NCBI GenBank assembly: GCA_964016885.1 | Contig: OZ024762.1 | Coordinates: 1,054,001-1,118,000, forward strand | Reading direction: 5' to 3' | Length of the DNA stretch: 64,000 bases | Source of the DNA: Eledone cirrhosa | Lineage: Eukaryota | Shown: positions 35,256 to 49,634 of the stretch, piece by piece | Position numbering within the stretch: the first letter of the stretch is position 1 | Layout: each line of letters begins with the position of its first letter | The notes under the pieces: model-generated | What the model was told of the DNA's origin: nothing | Database searches by the model: none | The model's input: the letters and a program-made list of their open reading frames with translations, nothing else | Position numbers and translations under genes: made by a program

Positions 35256-37390
35256 GTGTGTGTGTGTGTGTAGAAGGTGAGTAATATTGTAGAACAATAA
35301 AACTATGCATATATCAGATAAGTAGCACTCAACAGTTGGTAGAACTGGAGTATATATAATAATAAAGAAGAAATTAAAAGATGGTTAAAAGAGTTGTTTA
35401 CAGGAAAGTGCTAAGTCTACATATGACAGAAATATAAGTGTTAAAACTTATATTTCTGTCATAAGTAGACTTAACACTTTCCTGTAAACAAGTGCTATTA
35501 TGCCTCATCACGTTACCTTATTTTATCTGATGAGAACACAATTTTTGTCCCAGGATGATTTTGTATTCGAAATGCGCATAATAAAAAATATGGAACTCTT
35601 TTAACCACCTTTTAATTTCTTCTTTATTATATATATTAATATATCAACATCATCATCGTTTAACGTCTATCTTCCACACTAGCATGGGTTTAGACGGGAA
35701 TTGTCCCACGTGAGACAAGATTGGTTGTCTTGCTTGTATAGGATTATCTGGCAGGTTTTCTACGGCTGGATGCCCTTCCTAACACGAAGCACGTTTACAG
35801 TGTGGACTGGGAGGTTTTTACCGTGACACCTATACGACCTCATTTATTCAGGATATATATATATATATATATATGTATGTATATATATATATGTATGTAT
35901 ACAGAGAGAGAAAGAGAGAGAGATTCTATATACTATACTGTATCTTGAAACATAAAAACACATTTCTTATATCAGCTTCGTTAGAGTACACACACACAAT
36001 TAGAGTACACAGGCATATATATATACATGTGTGTGTACTATAATGACACTATAGTATATATATATAACTACACCATTACTGGTAATGGTAATTAACAAAG
36101 CAACAGATGAAGTCAACACAAGAAACCCAGGGTGGAATTTAAATACAAACATACTGAAACCAACACCACAAGGTACCCTATACAACATTCTAATGATTCG
36201 GCCAGTAAATTACCCTAAACAACTTCTATATCAACCCCTGGAAAGATAAAGGGCAAAGTCGACCCCAGTAAATTACCCTAAACAACTTCTATATCAACCC
36301 CTGGAAAGATAAAGGGCAAAGTTGACCCCAGTAAATTACCCTAAACAACTTCTATATCAACCCCTGGAAAGATAAAGGGCAAAGTTGACCCCAGTAAATT
36401 ACCCTAAACAACTTCTATATCAACCCCTGGAAAGATAAAGGGCAAAGTTGAGACCCGACAGGATTTGAACTCAGACTGCAAGGATCTAGAAACAGGCATT
36501 TCACGGCATTTCAAAGTATTTCACCAGATGATCCCCAACTTCTGCTAAATAGCCACCAAAGTGAGTTATCATTTTCATATAAACTAGCAGAAGAACTGCC
36601 CCCACTTGGCAGTTTTTTGCTAGTATATGTAGTGTATATATTGATATTTTACGAAAATATATATGTATGTTGACATTTGAAAGTTTTAACAGAAGTCATG
36701 AAATAAGCAATACATTATATATAACATTATTTATGTTTCACCCTTTAGCATTTATATAACTCTATATTTCTTATATTTTCATGGTAAAGGCTTTATCTCT
36801 CCAAATATCTCACATAATATCAAATCTATGAGATTTTGATATTATTTATTTTCAGAACATTACTTTAAGATCAGTTAATCAAAGGGTTAATCAAGCGCTA
36901 AGAAATTTAGTAGAAAAATTACATAATATTCATTCATTATTTATTCAAATTCCTCCAACTTATTTTAATAACATGATGTAAAATAATAAACTGGACACAG
37001 TCTCGCGGTTCTGCAATCATTATATAGGAGATTGCTAAACAAAATGTGTTTACACTTGATTGCCTTTCCTAACATTGGTTGCAGATAGAGTGCCGAGTTT
37101 TATTGAACCCCCAGTAGTGTGTAATGTAGAATCTAAACACGGCTAGTAGTATATTTTGTGAATCACTATTGTAGAGACTGATAGCGGCTGATTTTGGTTA
37201 CTCTCATATTGTGGAGGAACAAAAGGTACGCAAAGAAATATGAAAATTTGCTGTGTCAGCTATGAAGAGAGAGAGAGAGAGAGAATTTGTAAGTAAATCA
37301 TACGAAAGTGTATGAATGAAAATAAACACCTACCTCTTTTTCAAGCAAAGAGTCAATGTGGGTTGAGGCAAGGTTGAACTTCCAAAACAT
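10571..37390 (-). CDS. PPP6R3: Serine/threonine-protein phosphatase 6 regulatory subunit (SAPS domain; PPP6R3-like), spliced, 983 aa with microexon
   Basis: 27 phase-consistent GT-AG exons totalling 2952 nt; starts [23 protein letters not shown], contains [63 protein letters not shown] and ends KNGPV, all characteristic of PPP6R/SAPS proteins. Confidence 0.96.
10710..11735 (+). repeat. 48-bp minisatellite (~21 copies) expanded from a SINE/LINE-tail segment
   Basis: Unit CACTGTAAAGTGGTCATGTAGGTGACATGACAAAAAGTACCCAGTACT runs directly into the retroposon tail (11735-11900); the same unit occurs in 1-2 copies at ~37720, 55570, 56770. Confidence 0.93.
12135..13668. repeat. 51-54-bp minisatellite (~29 copies)
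   Basis: Unit CCAACCACTTTACAG(AG)TGTTGTTGTGGCC(T)CTGACACAACAGAAGAACCCTCA with no unique spacers. Confidence 0.93.
13708..14028 (-). CDS. PPP6R3: PPP6R coding exon 26
   Basis: [19 protein letters not shown]...SKSNMIENI; S/T-rich low-complexity segment. Confidence 0.87.
15565..16092. repeat. 30-bp minisatellite (~17 copies)
   Basis: Unit GATATAACTTGTAACAGATGTTAACTGGGT. Confidence 0.93.
16381..16425 (-). CDS. PPP6R3: PPP6R coding exon 25 (45 nt)
   Basis: long pyrimidine tract..aataaag|[14 protein letters not shown]|gtgagt; phase 2-2. Confidence 0.72.
17407..17565 (-). CDS. PPP6R3: PPP6R coding exon 24
   Basis: [52 protein letters not shown]. Confidence 0.8.
17695..17930 (-). mobile_element. 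decayed RTE-clade LINE fragment
   Basis: With frameshifts, the minus strand reads [51 protein letters not shown], typical of the RTE ORF after the RT domain; a related copy lies on + at ~38502-38790. Confidence 0.7.
18136..18223 (-). CDS. PPP6R3: PPP6R coding exon 23
   Basis: [28 protein letters not shown]; phases 1 to 2 fit. Confidence 0.8.
18593..18666 (-). CDS. PPP6R3: PPP6R coding exon 22
   Basis: [24 protein letters not shown]. Confidence 0.87.
19129..19261 (-). CDS. PPP6R3: PPP6R coding exon 21
   Basis: [43 protein letters not shown]. Confidence 0.88.
19748..19884 (-). CDS. PPP6R3: PPP6R coding exon 20
   Basis: [29 protein letters not shown]...MDVDTTE. Confidence 0.88.
19912..20340. 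repeat. purine-rich (GA)n-GGTAGTGAGATA compound repeat
   Basis: Tandem GAGAGAGAGGGGTAGTGAGATA; forms a long pyrimidine tract on the sense strand upstream of exon 20. Confidence 0.88.
20553..20686 (-). CDS. PPP6R3: PPP6R coding exon 19
   Basis: [44 protein letters not shown]. Confidence 0.93.
21388..21448 (-). CDS. PPP6R3: PPP6R coding exon 18
   Basis: [20 protein letters not shown]. Confidence 0.88.
21789..21942. repeat. 42-bp tandem repeat (~3.5 copies)
   Basis: Unit AACCAAGGTAGTACCCCAGTATGGTCGCAATTAGATCGATTA. Confidence 0.85.
22012..22106 (-). CDS. PPP6R3: PPP6R coding exon 17
   Basis: [31 protein letters not shown]. Confidence 0.93.
24201..24218 (-). CDS. PPP6R3: PPP6R putative 18-nt cassette microexon (KPNYSQ)
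   Basis: ttttttttccag|AAACCCAATTACTCTCAA|gtaagt; phase 0-0 matching the flanking exons. Confidence 0.7.
24790..25470. repeat. compound minisatellite with higher-order periodicity
   Basis: Three subunit types built on GACAGATTG(G/A)GGTTA alternate in a recurring order. Confidence 0.88.
25561..25650 (-). CDS. PPP6R3: PPP6R coding exon 15
   Basis: [30 protein letters not shown]. Confidence 0.92.
26042..26093 (-). ncRNA. minimal type I hammerhead ribozyme motif
   Basis: TTTATTTGCC-CTGATGA-GTCCT-TAAT-AGGAC-GAAA-CATTG-TT-GGCTAATAAA: intact core, 5-bp stem II, 9 of 10 pairs in stem I. Confidence 0.8.
26263..26348 (-). CDS. PPP6R3: PPP6R coding exon 14
   Basis: [28 protein letters not shown]. Confidence 0.92.
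26905..27023 (-). CDS. PPP6R3: PPP6R coding exon 13
   Basis: [39 protein letters not shown]. Confidence 0.94.
27341..27405 (-). CDS. PPP6R3: PPP6R coding exon 12
   Basis: [21 protein letters not shown]. Confidence 0.92.
27632..27757 (-). CDS. PPP6R3: PPP6R coding exon 11
   Basis: [42 protein letters not shown]. Confidence 0.94.
27808..28216 (+). repeat. ~37-bp minisatellite (~11 copies) expanded inside a family A SINE
   Basis: Unit GGGGTGGATAAAATAAAGTACCGGTAATGTACTG flanked by SINE body sequence on both sides. Confidence 0.9.
28488..28646 (-). CDS. PPP6R3: PPP6R coding exon 10
   Basis: [53 protein letters not shown]. Confidence 0.93.
28889..29018 (-). CDS. PPP6R3: PPP6R coding exon 9
   Basis: [10 protein letters not shown]...[18 protein letters not shown]. 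Confidence 0.92.
29891..30233 (-). repeat. 88-bp tandem repeat (~4 copies) of a tRNA-like SINE head
   Basis: Minus strand GTGTGGCCCAGTGGTGAGGGTGTTGGACTT..GGGTTT(A/G)ATTCCTGGGCTGGGT repeated at 88-nt spacing. Confidence 0.8.
30312..30422 (-). CDS. PPP6R3: PPP6R coding exon 8
   Basis: [36 protein letters not shown]. Confidence 0.9.
31014..31126 (-). CDS. PPP6R3: PPP6R coding exon 7
   Basis: [37 protein letters not shown]. Confidence 0.92.
31701..31766 (-). CDS. PPP6R3: PPP6R coding exon 6
   Basis: [22 protein letters not shown]. Confidence 0.92.
31949..32128 (+). mobile_element. tRNA-derived SINE, family A, near full length
   Basis: TGGCAGTATCGG (A-box-like), GAGTTCAAATCC (B-box) and the family body. 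Confidence 0.7.
32446..33338. mobile_element. MITE-like element containing a 31-bp minisatellite (~25 copies, 32470-33254)
   Basis: Inverted ends AAATTCCATTATAACAAAATT / AATTTCGTTATAACGGAATTTCACTG-TA; internal unit CCATTTGTTTCAATCCCCGGGGTAATACACT. Confidence 0.75.
33496..33633 (-). CDS. PPP6R3: PPP6R coding exon 5
   Basis: [46 protein letters not shown]. Confidence 0.94.
34050..34236 (-). CDS. PPP6R3: PPP6R coding exon 4
   Basis: [13 protein letters not shown]...[24 protein letters not shown]. Confidence 0.94.
34470..34556 (-). CDS. PPP6R3: PPP6R coding exon 3
   Basis: [28 protein letters not shown]. Confidence 0.92.
35102..35181 (-). CDS. PPP6R3: PPP6R coding exon 2
   Basis: [26 protein letters not shown]. 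Confidence 0.93.
35521..35586 (+). ncRNA. minimal type I hammerhead ribozyme motif
   Basis: TTTTAT-CTGATGA-GAACACAA-(19 nt)-TTGTATTC-GAAA-TGCGCA-TA-ATAAAA; palindromic stem III ATGCGCAT. Confidence 0.72.
36202..36452. repeat. 63-bp tandem repeat (4 copies) at the end of a SINE
   Basis: Unit CCAGTAAATTACCCTAAACAACTTCTATATCAACCCCTGGAAAGATAAAGGGCAAAGTTGACC. Confidence 0.85.
37334..37390 (-). CDS. PPP6R3: PPP6R coding exon 1
   Basis: [19 protein letters not shown]|gtaggt; acceptor 11 nt before ATG (exon starts 37401). Confidence 0.93.
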
Positions 37391-39394
37391 GTCTCACGGG
37401 TCTACAAAAATATTGAAATGAAAACTAAATGAAAAATTAAAATTTACAGTTCAGCTGCCACCCATAATAAAATTTTTGTTACAACAAATTCTTTTTTTTA
37501 TACCTAGGGAATTTCGTTATAACTGGTACTTTTTTTATAGATCTCGAAAGGTTGAAAGGCAAAGTTGATCTCGGTGGGATTTGAACTCAGAGAGCAGAGA
37601 ACCAGAACGAATACCATAAAGTATTCTATCTGACATTCTAACGACCAATTCGCCACCTATATATATATATATATACACACACATTTATATATATATATAT
37701 GTGTAGGTGTCATAACAAAAAGCACCCAGTTCACACTGTAAAGTGGTCATGTAGATGTCATGACAAAAAGCTCCCAGTCCACGCTGTAAATGTGGTTGGT
37801 GTTAGGAAGGGCATCCAGCCGTAGAAAACCTGCCAGATAGTCCTATACGAGCGAGACACGGTCACCCAGCCAATCTTGCCTCAAGGGGGACAATTCCCGT
37901 CTAACTCATGCTAGCGTAGAAGATAGACGTTAAACGATGATGATGATGATAATATATATATTTGGTCAACAGTCATGTCATTTATGATTGTTGTTAGTTC
38001 ATAAATAATTTCGTGGACTTTGAAACTTGAGATAACCCTGTAGTATTTTAGTATTTCTCTGTAAACAAATTAGTCAGAGCAGAAATAATCGGGAAGAGAA
38101 ATAAAACTTATTAAATAGGTTAAAAAAAAAAATGAGAAAACAACAATATAGTTGTCAATAGGAAGTAGAGCGTACAAAATATATGTCGGTGTATTTAACT
38201 CAGTGTAATTTAACCTATAATGTCCTGTACTACATGAAACCACATTGACAAGACATTCTTGAAAAGTACAAAAAGGTGATTGCTTCCTCAACTCCGTTTA
38301 ACGTCCATTTTTCCACGCTGGCATGGGTTAGATTAAAATTAAGGTTTTCGCTCTAATAGTACAAACTTTTATAATGATCTGTCCACTAGTAAAAATACTA
38401 TAAACATTTGAATGAAGTCCTGTACCACATGAAACCACATTAATTAGACACTCTTGAAAACTACAAAATAGCACTGTGATTGAATCATATTAAAAATTAA
38501 GGTCTTTGGAGTAACATCACTTAATAGAGTGTGTAGCTCGGAGATGAGAGAGTCACTCCAGATAGAGCTGCTACTTCTCTGAATTGAAAGATCACAGCTC
38601 TGATACTATAGACATGTGGTTAGAATGTCTCAGGAAAGAATCACTGACAGATTTTACGACAGGAGACTCATGAGTGGTCTCTGAGCAAGATGGTTGGATA
38701 ACATCCATGAGTTTGGCTGGTCTTGCTTTAGGGATCCAGCTGGATCAGTTGTCATTAAAACACCAGAAAACCCCCTAGAGACACCACATCGTAAGGGCCA
38801 GCTAAACCTTTATAAATGTGAACTATAAAAACATACATGCGTGTGTGTATGATAGGACTACAAGCCTGTTTCATTAAAACACCAAAACAAAATCTCCTGT
38901 GAGTTACATCATTGTTGTAACAACATTAATAAATTTTATGAATCTAGTTCAAATTTGATAGGAAGAAATGACCAAGGTTTGATTTAACGATAAGATATAA
39001 TATATATATCCATATACTATATATATATATAAACATACATATATATATTATATATATACATGGTAGTGACTGCCAACTCGTTTTCGAGTACGGCCACTAC
39101 TTTATATCCATGTAGGAGAACCCCTACCGAACCCCTACAAGTGTGACTTTTTAGTCCATCCATTGACTTGAAAACTCTGGTACAAACACTACGCTTGTGA
39201 CAATTATTGACACATAGTGCTGGGCCCATGGAACCATGTGACGACAAGTAAAGGGAGATCTCCAGATATAAAGCAATGCCTGTGCCGTGAAGCTTTTATA
39301 GTGAGCAAAGGCACTGCACAAAGCCAGTCCCACTCTCTTAACCAAGATGATATTTACCAAAAAGAACAAGTCAACATCATATGTATGTATATAT

Positions 39395-39425
<31 letters not shown>

Positions 39426-39435
39426 ATATATACAT

Positions 39436-39478
<43 letters not shown>

Positions 39479-39683
39479 CACATATATATATATATATACA
39501 TACACATATATATATATACATATATATATATATACATACACATATATATACATACACACATATATATATATATACATATATACATACACATATATATATA
39601 TATACACATATATATATACATACACATATATATATATATACACATATATATATATATACATACACATATATATATATATACAT

Positions 39684-39726
<43 letters not shown>

Positions 39727-39750
39727 CACATATATATACATACACATATA

Positions 39751-40099
39751 TATCATCATCATCATCATCATTTCATTTTACGTCCGCTTTTTCCCTGCTT
39801 GCAAGGGTGGGACGGGAACTGATGCTGGCTTGATTTCTACAGCTGGATGCCTTTCCTAACACCAACCACATTTACAGTGAGTGCTGGGTGCTTTTTTTTC
39901 CGTGCACCTCCGCGACCACTTTGCAGTGGAATGATATGGACCCCTGTCCCTATCATCTCATTTCTACAGCTGAGTAAACTGGAGCAATGTGAAATAAAGT
40001 GTCTTGCTCAAGGAAACAACACATCACCCGGTCTGAGAATTGAACTCACAACCTTTCGATTGCAAGGCCAATGCTCTAACCACTATGCCATGTGCCTCC
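39751..40099 (-). mobile_element. CORE-type tRNA SINE, young copy
   Basis: Close reverse complement of 6181-6511 (first ~165 nt almost identical) with a (GAT)n tail. Confidence 0.8.
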
Positions 40100-40169
40100 A
40101 TATATATATACATATATATACATACACACATATATATATATATACATATATATACATACACATATATAC

Positions 40170-40204
<35 letters not shown>

Positions 40205-40261
40205 CATACACATATATATATATACATATATATATATATACATACACATATATATATATAC

Positions 40262-40346
<85 letters not shown>

Positions 40347-40354
40347 TACACATA

Positions 40355-40394
<40 letters not shown>

Positions 40395-40445
40395 CATATA
40401 CACATATATATATATACATATACATATATACATATATATATACAT

Positions 40446-40490
<45 letters not shown>

Positions 40491-40531
40491 CACATATATA
40501 TATATACATACACACATATATATATATATAT

Positions 40532-40566
<35 letters not shown>

Positions 40567-40713
40567 CATACATACACATATATATACATACACATATATA
40601 TATATACATACACATATATATATACATACACATATATATATACATACACATATATATATATATATATATACATACATATATATATACATACACACACATA
40701 TATATATATATAT

Positions 40714-40752
<39 letters not shown>

Positions 40753-40781
40753 CATATATATATACATATATATATATATAC

Positions 40782-40812
<31 letters not shown>

Positions 40813-40873
40813 CATATATATATACATATATATATATATATACATATATATATACATATATATATATATATAC

Positions 40874-40904
<31 letters not shown>

Positions 40905-41297
40905 CATACACATATATATATATATATATACATACATACATATATATATATACATACACATATATATATATATACATACACATATATATATATATACATA
41001 CACATATATATATATACATACACATATATATATACACATATATACACATATATATACATACACACACATATATACATATATATACATATACATACATATA
41101 TATACATACACACACATATATACATATATATACATATACATACATATATACACATATACATACATATATATATACATACACACACACACATATATACATA
41201 CACACACACACACACACACATACACACACACACATATACACACACACATATACATACACACACACACACACACACATATACATACACACACACACAC

Positions 41298-41328
<31 letters not shown>

Positions 41329-41373
41329 TATACATACACACACACACACACACATATACATACACACACACAC

Positions 41374-41418
<45 letters not shown>

Positions 41419-41430
41419 TACACACACACA

Positions 41431-41498
<68 letters not shown>
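40100..41498. repeat. (TA)n/(CA)n compound microsatellite
   Basis: Gradient from TA-rich to CA-rich dinucleotides over 1.4 kb. Confidence 0.95.
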
Positions 41499-41871
41499 CG
41501 ATATTAAACAAATGGAAACTATATTTGTTTAATATCGTATATCTACTCCAAAACTTGTTGAGTGCTTTATATCAGTTATAAAATATTTACTTGTTGTAAC
41601 CCAACAATTTTAAATAAAACTTTTGCATATATATATATATATATTATATATATATATATATATTTTATATGAAACTCACCGAGATGACGAAGGACCGTGA
41701 CAAGTGGAGAGATGCTGGGAGGGAACAGTGGACGTATGATGATGATGATGATGATATATATATTTTATATATAAAAAAAAAGAAAATTTTGCTCTACATG
41801 GCTGAATACAATAAATGTAATCCGAGTTTTTTTAATATTAATAATAATATATACATATATTTTATATATCT

Positions 41872-41902
<31 letters not shown>

Positions 41903-41948
41903 AAATAAAATAAATAAGTCAAATGTTTAAAATTTAGCTTTATTTATT

Positions 41949-42003
41949 ACTGCTATATATATTTCGGTGACAGCCATCTTTGGCTGTGACCTCTTCAGGC
42001 AGT
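41949..42003 (-). ncRNA. minimal type I hammerhead ribozyme motif
   Basis: ACTGC-CTGAAGA-GGTCACAGCC-AAAGAT-GGCTGTCACC-GAAA-TATATA-TA-GCAGT; perfect 5-bp stem I, 9 of 10 pairs in stem II, palindromic stem III. Confidence 0.82.
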
Positions 42004-42093
42004 CTGAATTAGTGTGGTAGAGACAAGTACATATGTTGTTGAGGTGTATAACCTTGTCAATACTCTGATATGCCCAGTTCCTGGTTTGGTTGT

Positions 42094-44801
<2,708 letters not shown>

Positions 44802-45616
44802 TGGTGGCTGCCAACTCGTTTTCGAGTACGGCCACTACTTTATAACCATGTAGGAGAACCCCTACCGATACGCTGAACGAGTGTGACTTTTTAGTCCAGC
44901 CAGCAACTTGAAAACTCTGGTACAAACACTACACTTGTGACAATTATTGACACATAGTGCTGGGCCCATGGTACCATGTAATGACAAGTGCAGAGAGATC
45001 TCCAGATACAAAGCAATGCCTGTGCCGTGAAGCTTTTATAGTGAGCAAAGGCACTGCACAAAGCCAGTCCCACTCTCTTAACCAAGATGATATTTACCAA
45101 AAAGAAGAACAAGTCAACATCATTGGATACCATCAGGGTTGCAGGTGTTATATCAGAGTTTTCCTTCTCCTAGAATTCTGCCTTGACAAAGGCTAAGGGG
45201 TCATCTCTCCCGGTGATTTTGGATGGCCATTGACTCTTAAGAGCTCCTTTGCCCTTTGACAGGTTTTGTTTTTAGTCCTGCAGGATGTCCAAAGTCACCC
45301 TCCTCACCAAGAAACCTTAGTGGGGTTGCCAGTTTAGTCGCCAACGACCCGACCATGAGACAGGTTGTACTGGGATACATGTTACCAGTAGCACCAAGTG
45401 GTGACCTGACATATACATATATAAATATACATACATACATATACATACATATACATATATACATACATATACATATATATATATACATACATATACATAT
45501 ATACATACATATACATATATATATATACATACATATACATATATATATATATACATACATATACATATATACATACATACATATACTTATATATACATAT
45601 ATATATATATATATAC

Positions 45617-45725
<109 letters not shown>

Positions 45726-45870
45726 TATATATACATATATCCATATATATACATATATATATATACACACACATACATATATACATATATATACATATAT
45801 ACATATATATATACATACACACACACATATATACATATATATATATATACATATATATACATATATATAC

Positions 45871-45923
<53 letters not shown>

Positions 45924-45949
45924 TATACATATATATACATATATATATG

Positions 45950-45983
<34 letters not shown>

Positions 45984-46036
45984 TATACATATATATACAT
46001 ATAAATGTATATATACATATATATACATATATATAC

Positions 46037-46106
<70 letters not shown>

Positions 46107-47748
46107 GTATATATATATATATATATATATATAAATGTATATATATATATACATATGTAGAAAAATCTACCAAGAGTTTACGGTAGTGTCCAATCCGTAT
46201 GAAGAACTCAATGTATTCCGGATATCATGGAAAGAAGAAATGTAATGAAAAATCACTTTCGGTGAAAGATAAACGGTATACAGAGTCAAGATAAAATATT
46301 AAACAAATAATGAATAAACAATTCCTTATATTAAACAAAAAAAGTTCATTATTTAACGATCGTTTCTAGGATATATATGTGTTAGAGTTGGCATGCATAT
46401 TCAACAGATCTATGTACAAAATTATACAAACTATCAAGATTAAATATACATACCAACACATATATACGCCGTCTTCAGAAATATATATATATATAAAAGG
46501 CCAGAAAACATCAGTGAAATCCGATACAATCTCATTTTACTTTCAAACTCAGACAAAATGGTTCAAAAGTTATTGACCTGCTTTATCTTGTTTCTCATTA
46601 TCAAAGGTGGATTGGTAGCAAAATCGGTAGAGCGTCGGACATCTTTTGCAGCATAGAGTAATGGCCCTTTACGTTGTGAGTTCAAATCCCACCGAGGTTA
46701 GCTCTGCCTTTCATCCTTACACAGGGTCAATATAATAAAGTAGCAGTAATGTACCCCCCCCAAAAAAAAAATTGTTGGCCTTGTGCCTAAATCTGAAACC
46801 ATTATTGTTATTATTATTGTTTTTACTTTTAACCCCCCCCCCCCCCCATAATGGCAGAGTTTTACTTTTGAAACAGTTTCATAGGTCAGTCATTATAATT
46901 TGATAGCGGTAACACTGACACAGTGTGGTGTGGTGTTACACTTTCAGATTTAGGCACAAGGCCTGCAATTGGGGGGGGGGGGGGGGGGTAATTCGACCCA
47001 AGTGCATTACTGGTACTTTATTTCATCAACCCCGTAAAGATAAAAAGTAAAGCCTCAGCGAGATTTGAACTCAGAACACAAAGGGCCATAACTCTATGCC
47101 ACTAAGCATGGAGTCCGATGCTGCCAATTCACTGATCTAATAATAGTAATAACAATAATGATTTCTAGTATAGGCACAAGGCCAGTAATTTGGGGGGAAG
47201 GAAAAGTCAATTAAATCGACCTGTGTGTTACTGGTACTTTAGTTTATCGACCCTGTAAGGACAAAACGCAAAGTTAACCTCGGTGGGATTTGAACTCAGA
47301 CCGTAAAGGACGATAATAATGAAGCGGGAAGGTGCGTGTGTGTATATGTATGTGTGTATGTGTGTGAAGAGAGAGAGAAGTGAGGGTGGGGTGTTGTGAA
47401 AACTTCTCTCAGTGCAGAGTTGTAAAATAAAAAATACAAAGTAAACAGGTTTTTTTAAAAACAGTTGTTGCATCTGAAGGAACAAAACGGTAAAATTAGT
47501 TCCAGCTATTGTTATCAGGTCATTTACGTCATTACGGCTTTTTAGAAAGAAAACAAATTGAAAAATTAATAAGAAAAAAAAAAGAAAGAGAAAATTAATA
47601 TCTTATCTCGTCTTTTCTTTTTCTTCTCATTTCATTTCTATTGCATCTTTCGAAAAGATTCCTTTTACAAGACATTTCTTTACAAAAGACAATTAATTTG
47701 TTGTGGCGTCATCTGAATGTTTGATAGAATCTTTTGTGTGATATCCAT

Positions 47749-47830
<82 letters not shown>

Positions 47831-47941
47831 TATATATATATATATACACATATATATATATTTTCTAGGTTCAAATTCCACAAAGATATTGTGATATTCG
47901 TCCCATCTTTCTCTCTCTCTCTCTTTCTCTAGATTCTGGGT

Positions 47942-49634
47942 TTAACCCTTTACTATTTACATTACTCTATATATACTATTGTATTATCACAGTAAGGGCT
48001 TTACCTCACATAATATCTCACATAACATTTCCATTACTCTATATATACTATTGTATTATCACAGTAAGGGCTTTACCTCACATAATATCTCGCATAACAT
48101 TTCCATTACTCTATATATACTATTGTATTATCACAGTAAAGGCTTTACCTCACATAATACCTCACATAACATTTACATTACTCTATATATACTATTGTAT
48201 TATCACAGTAAGGGCTTTACCTCACATAATATCTCACATAACATTTCCATTACTCTATATATACTATTGTATTATCACAGTAAGGGCTTTACCTCACATA
48301 ATACCTCACATAACATTTACATTACTCTATATATACTATTGTATTATCACAGTAAGGGCTTTACCTCACATAATATCTCACATAACATTTACATTACTCT
48401 ATATATACTATTGTATTATCACAGTAAGGGCTTTACCTCACATAATATCTCACATAACATTTACATTACTCTATATATACTATTGTATTATCACAGTAAG
48501 GGCTTTACCTCACATAATATCTCACATAACATTTACATTACTCTATATATACTATTGTATTATCACAGTAAGGGCTTTACCTCACATAATATCACATAAC
48601 ATTTACATTACTCTATATATACTATTGTATTATCACAGTAAGGGCTTTACCTCACATAATATCTCACATAACATTTACATTACTCTATATATACTATTGT
48701 ATTATCACAGTAAGGGCTTTACCTCACATAACATTTCCATTACTCTATATATACTATTGTATTATCACAGTAAAGGCTTTACCTCACATAATATCACATA
48801 ACATTTCCATTACTCTATATATACTATTGTATTATCACAGTAAAGGCTTTACCTCACATAATATCACATAACATTTCCATTACTCTATATATACTATTGT
48901 ATTATCACAGTAAAGGCTTTACCTCACATAATATCACATAACATTTCCATTACTCTATATATACTATTGTATTATCACAGTAAAGGCTTTACCTCACATA
49001 ATATCACATAACATTTACATTACTCTATATATACTATTGTATTATCACAGTAAAGGCTTTACCTCACATAATATCACATAACATTTCCATTACTCTATAT
49101 ATACTATTGTATTATCACAGTAAAGGCTTTACCTCACATAATATCACATAACATTTACATTACTCTATATATACTATTGTATTATCACAGTAAAGGCTTT
49201 ACCTCACATAATATCTCACATAACATTTACATTACTCTATATATACTATTGTATTTTCACAGTAAAGGCTTTACCTTACATAATATCTCACATAACATTT
49301 ACATTACTCTATATATACTATTGTATTATCACAGTAAAGGCTTTACCTCACATAATATCTCACATAACATTTACATTACTCTATATATACTATTGTATTA
49401 TCACAGTAAAGGCTTTACCTTACATAATATCTCACATAACATTTACATTACTCTATATATACTATTGTATTATCACAGTAAAGGCTTTACCTCACATAAT
49501 ATCAAATCCAACGAGATTTTGATATTATTTATTTTTAGATCAATGCCTTAACATCAGTATAAGTAGCTGGTTACAGCTGGTTTGAAGAGAAAGAGGTGAA
49601 AGAATTCTGGCTGGTTTAAATGCTAAAGGGTTAA
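47942..49634. mobile_element. piggyBac-like non-autonomous element with an internal ~70-72-bp minisatellite (~21 copies)
   Basis: Ends TTAA-CCCTT ... AAGGG-TTAA; unexpanded relatives at 51402-51584, 57350-57564, 57820-58030 and partial ones at ~7118, 14141, 54627. Confidence 0.75.

Noticed and set aside
45130-45412. HDV-like ribozyme at a retroposon 5' end
   Set aside because: Could not build a convincing nested double pseudoknot by eye on either strand
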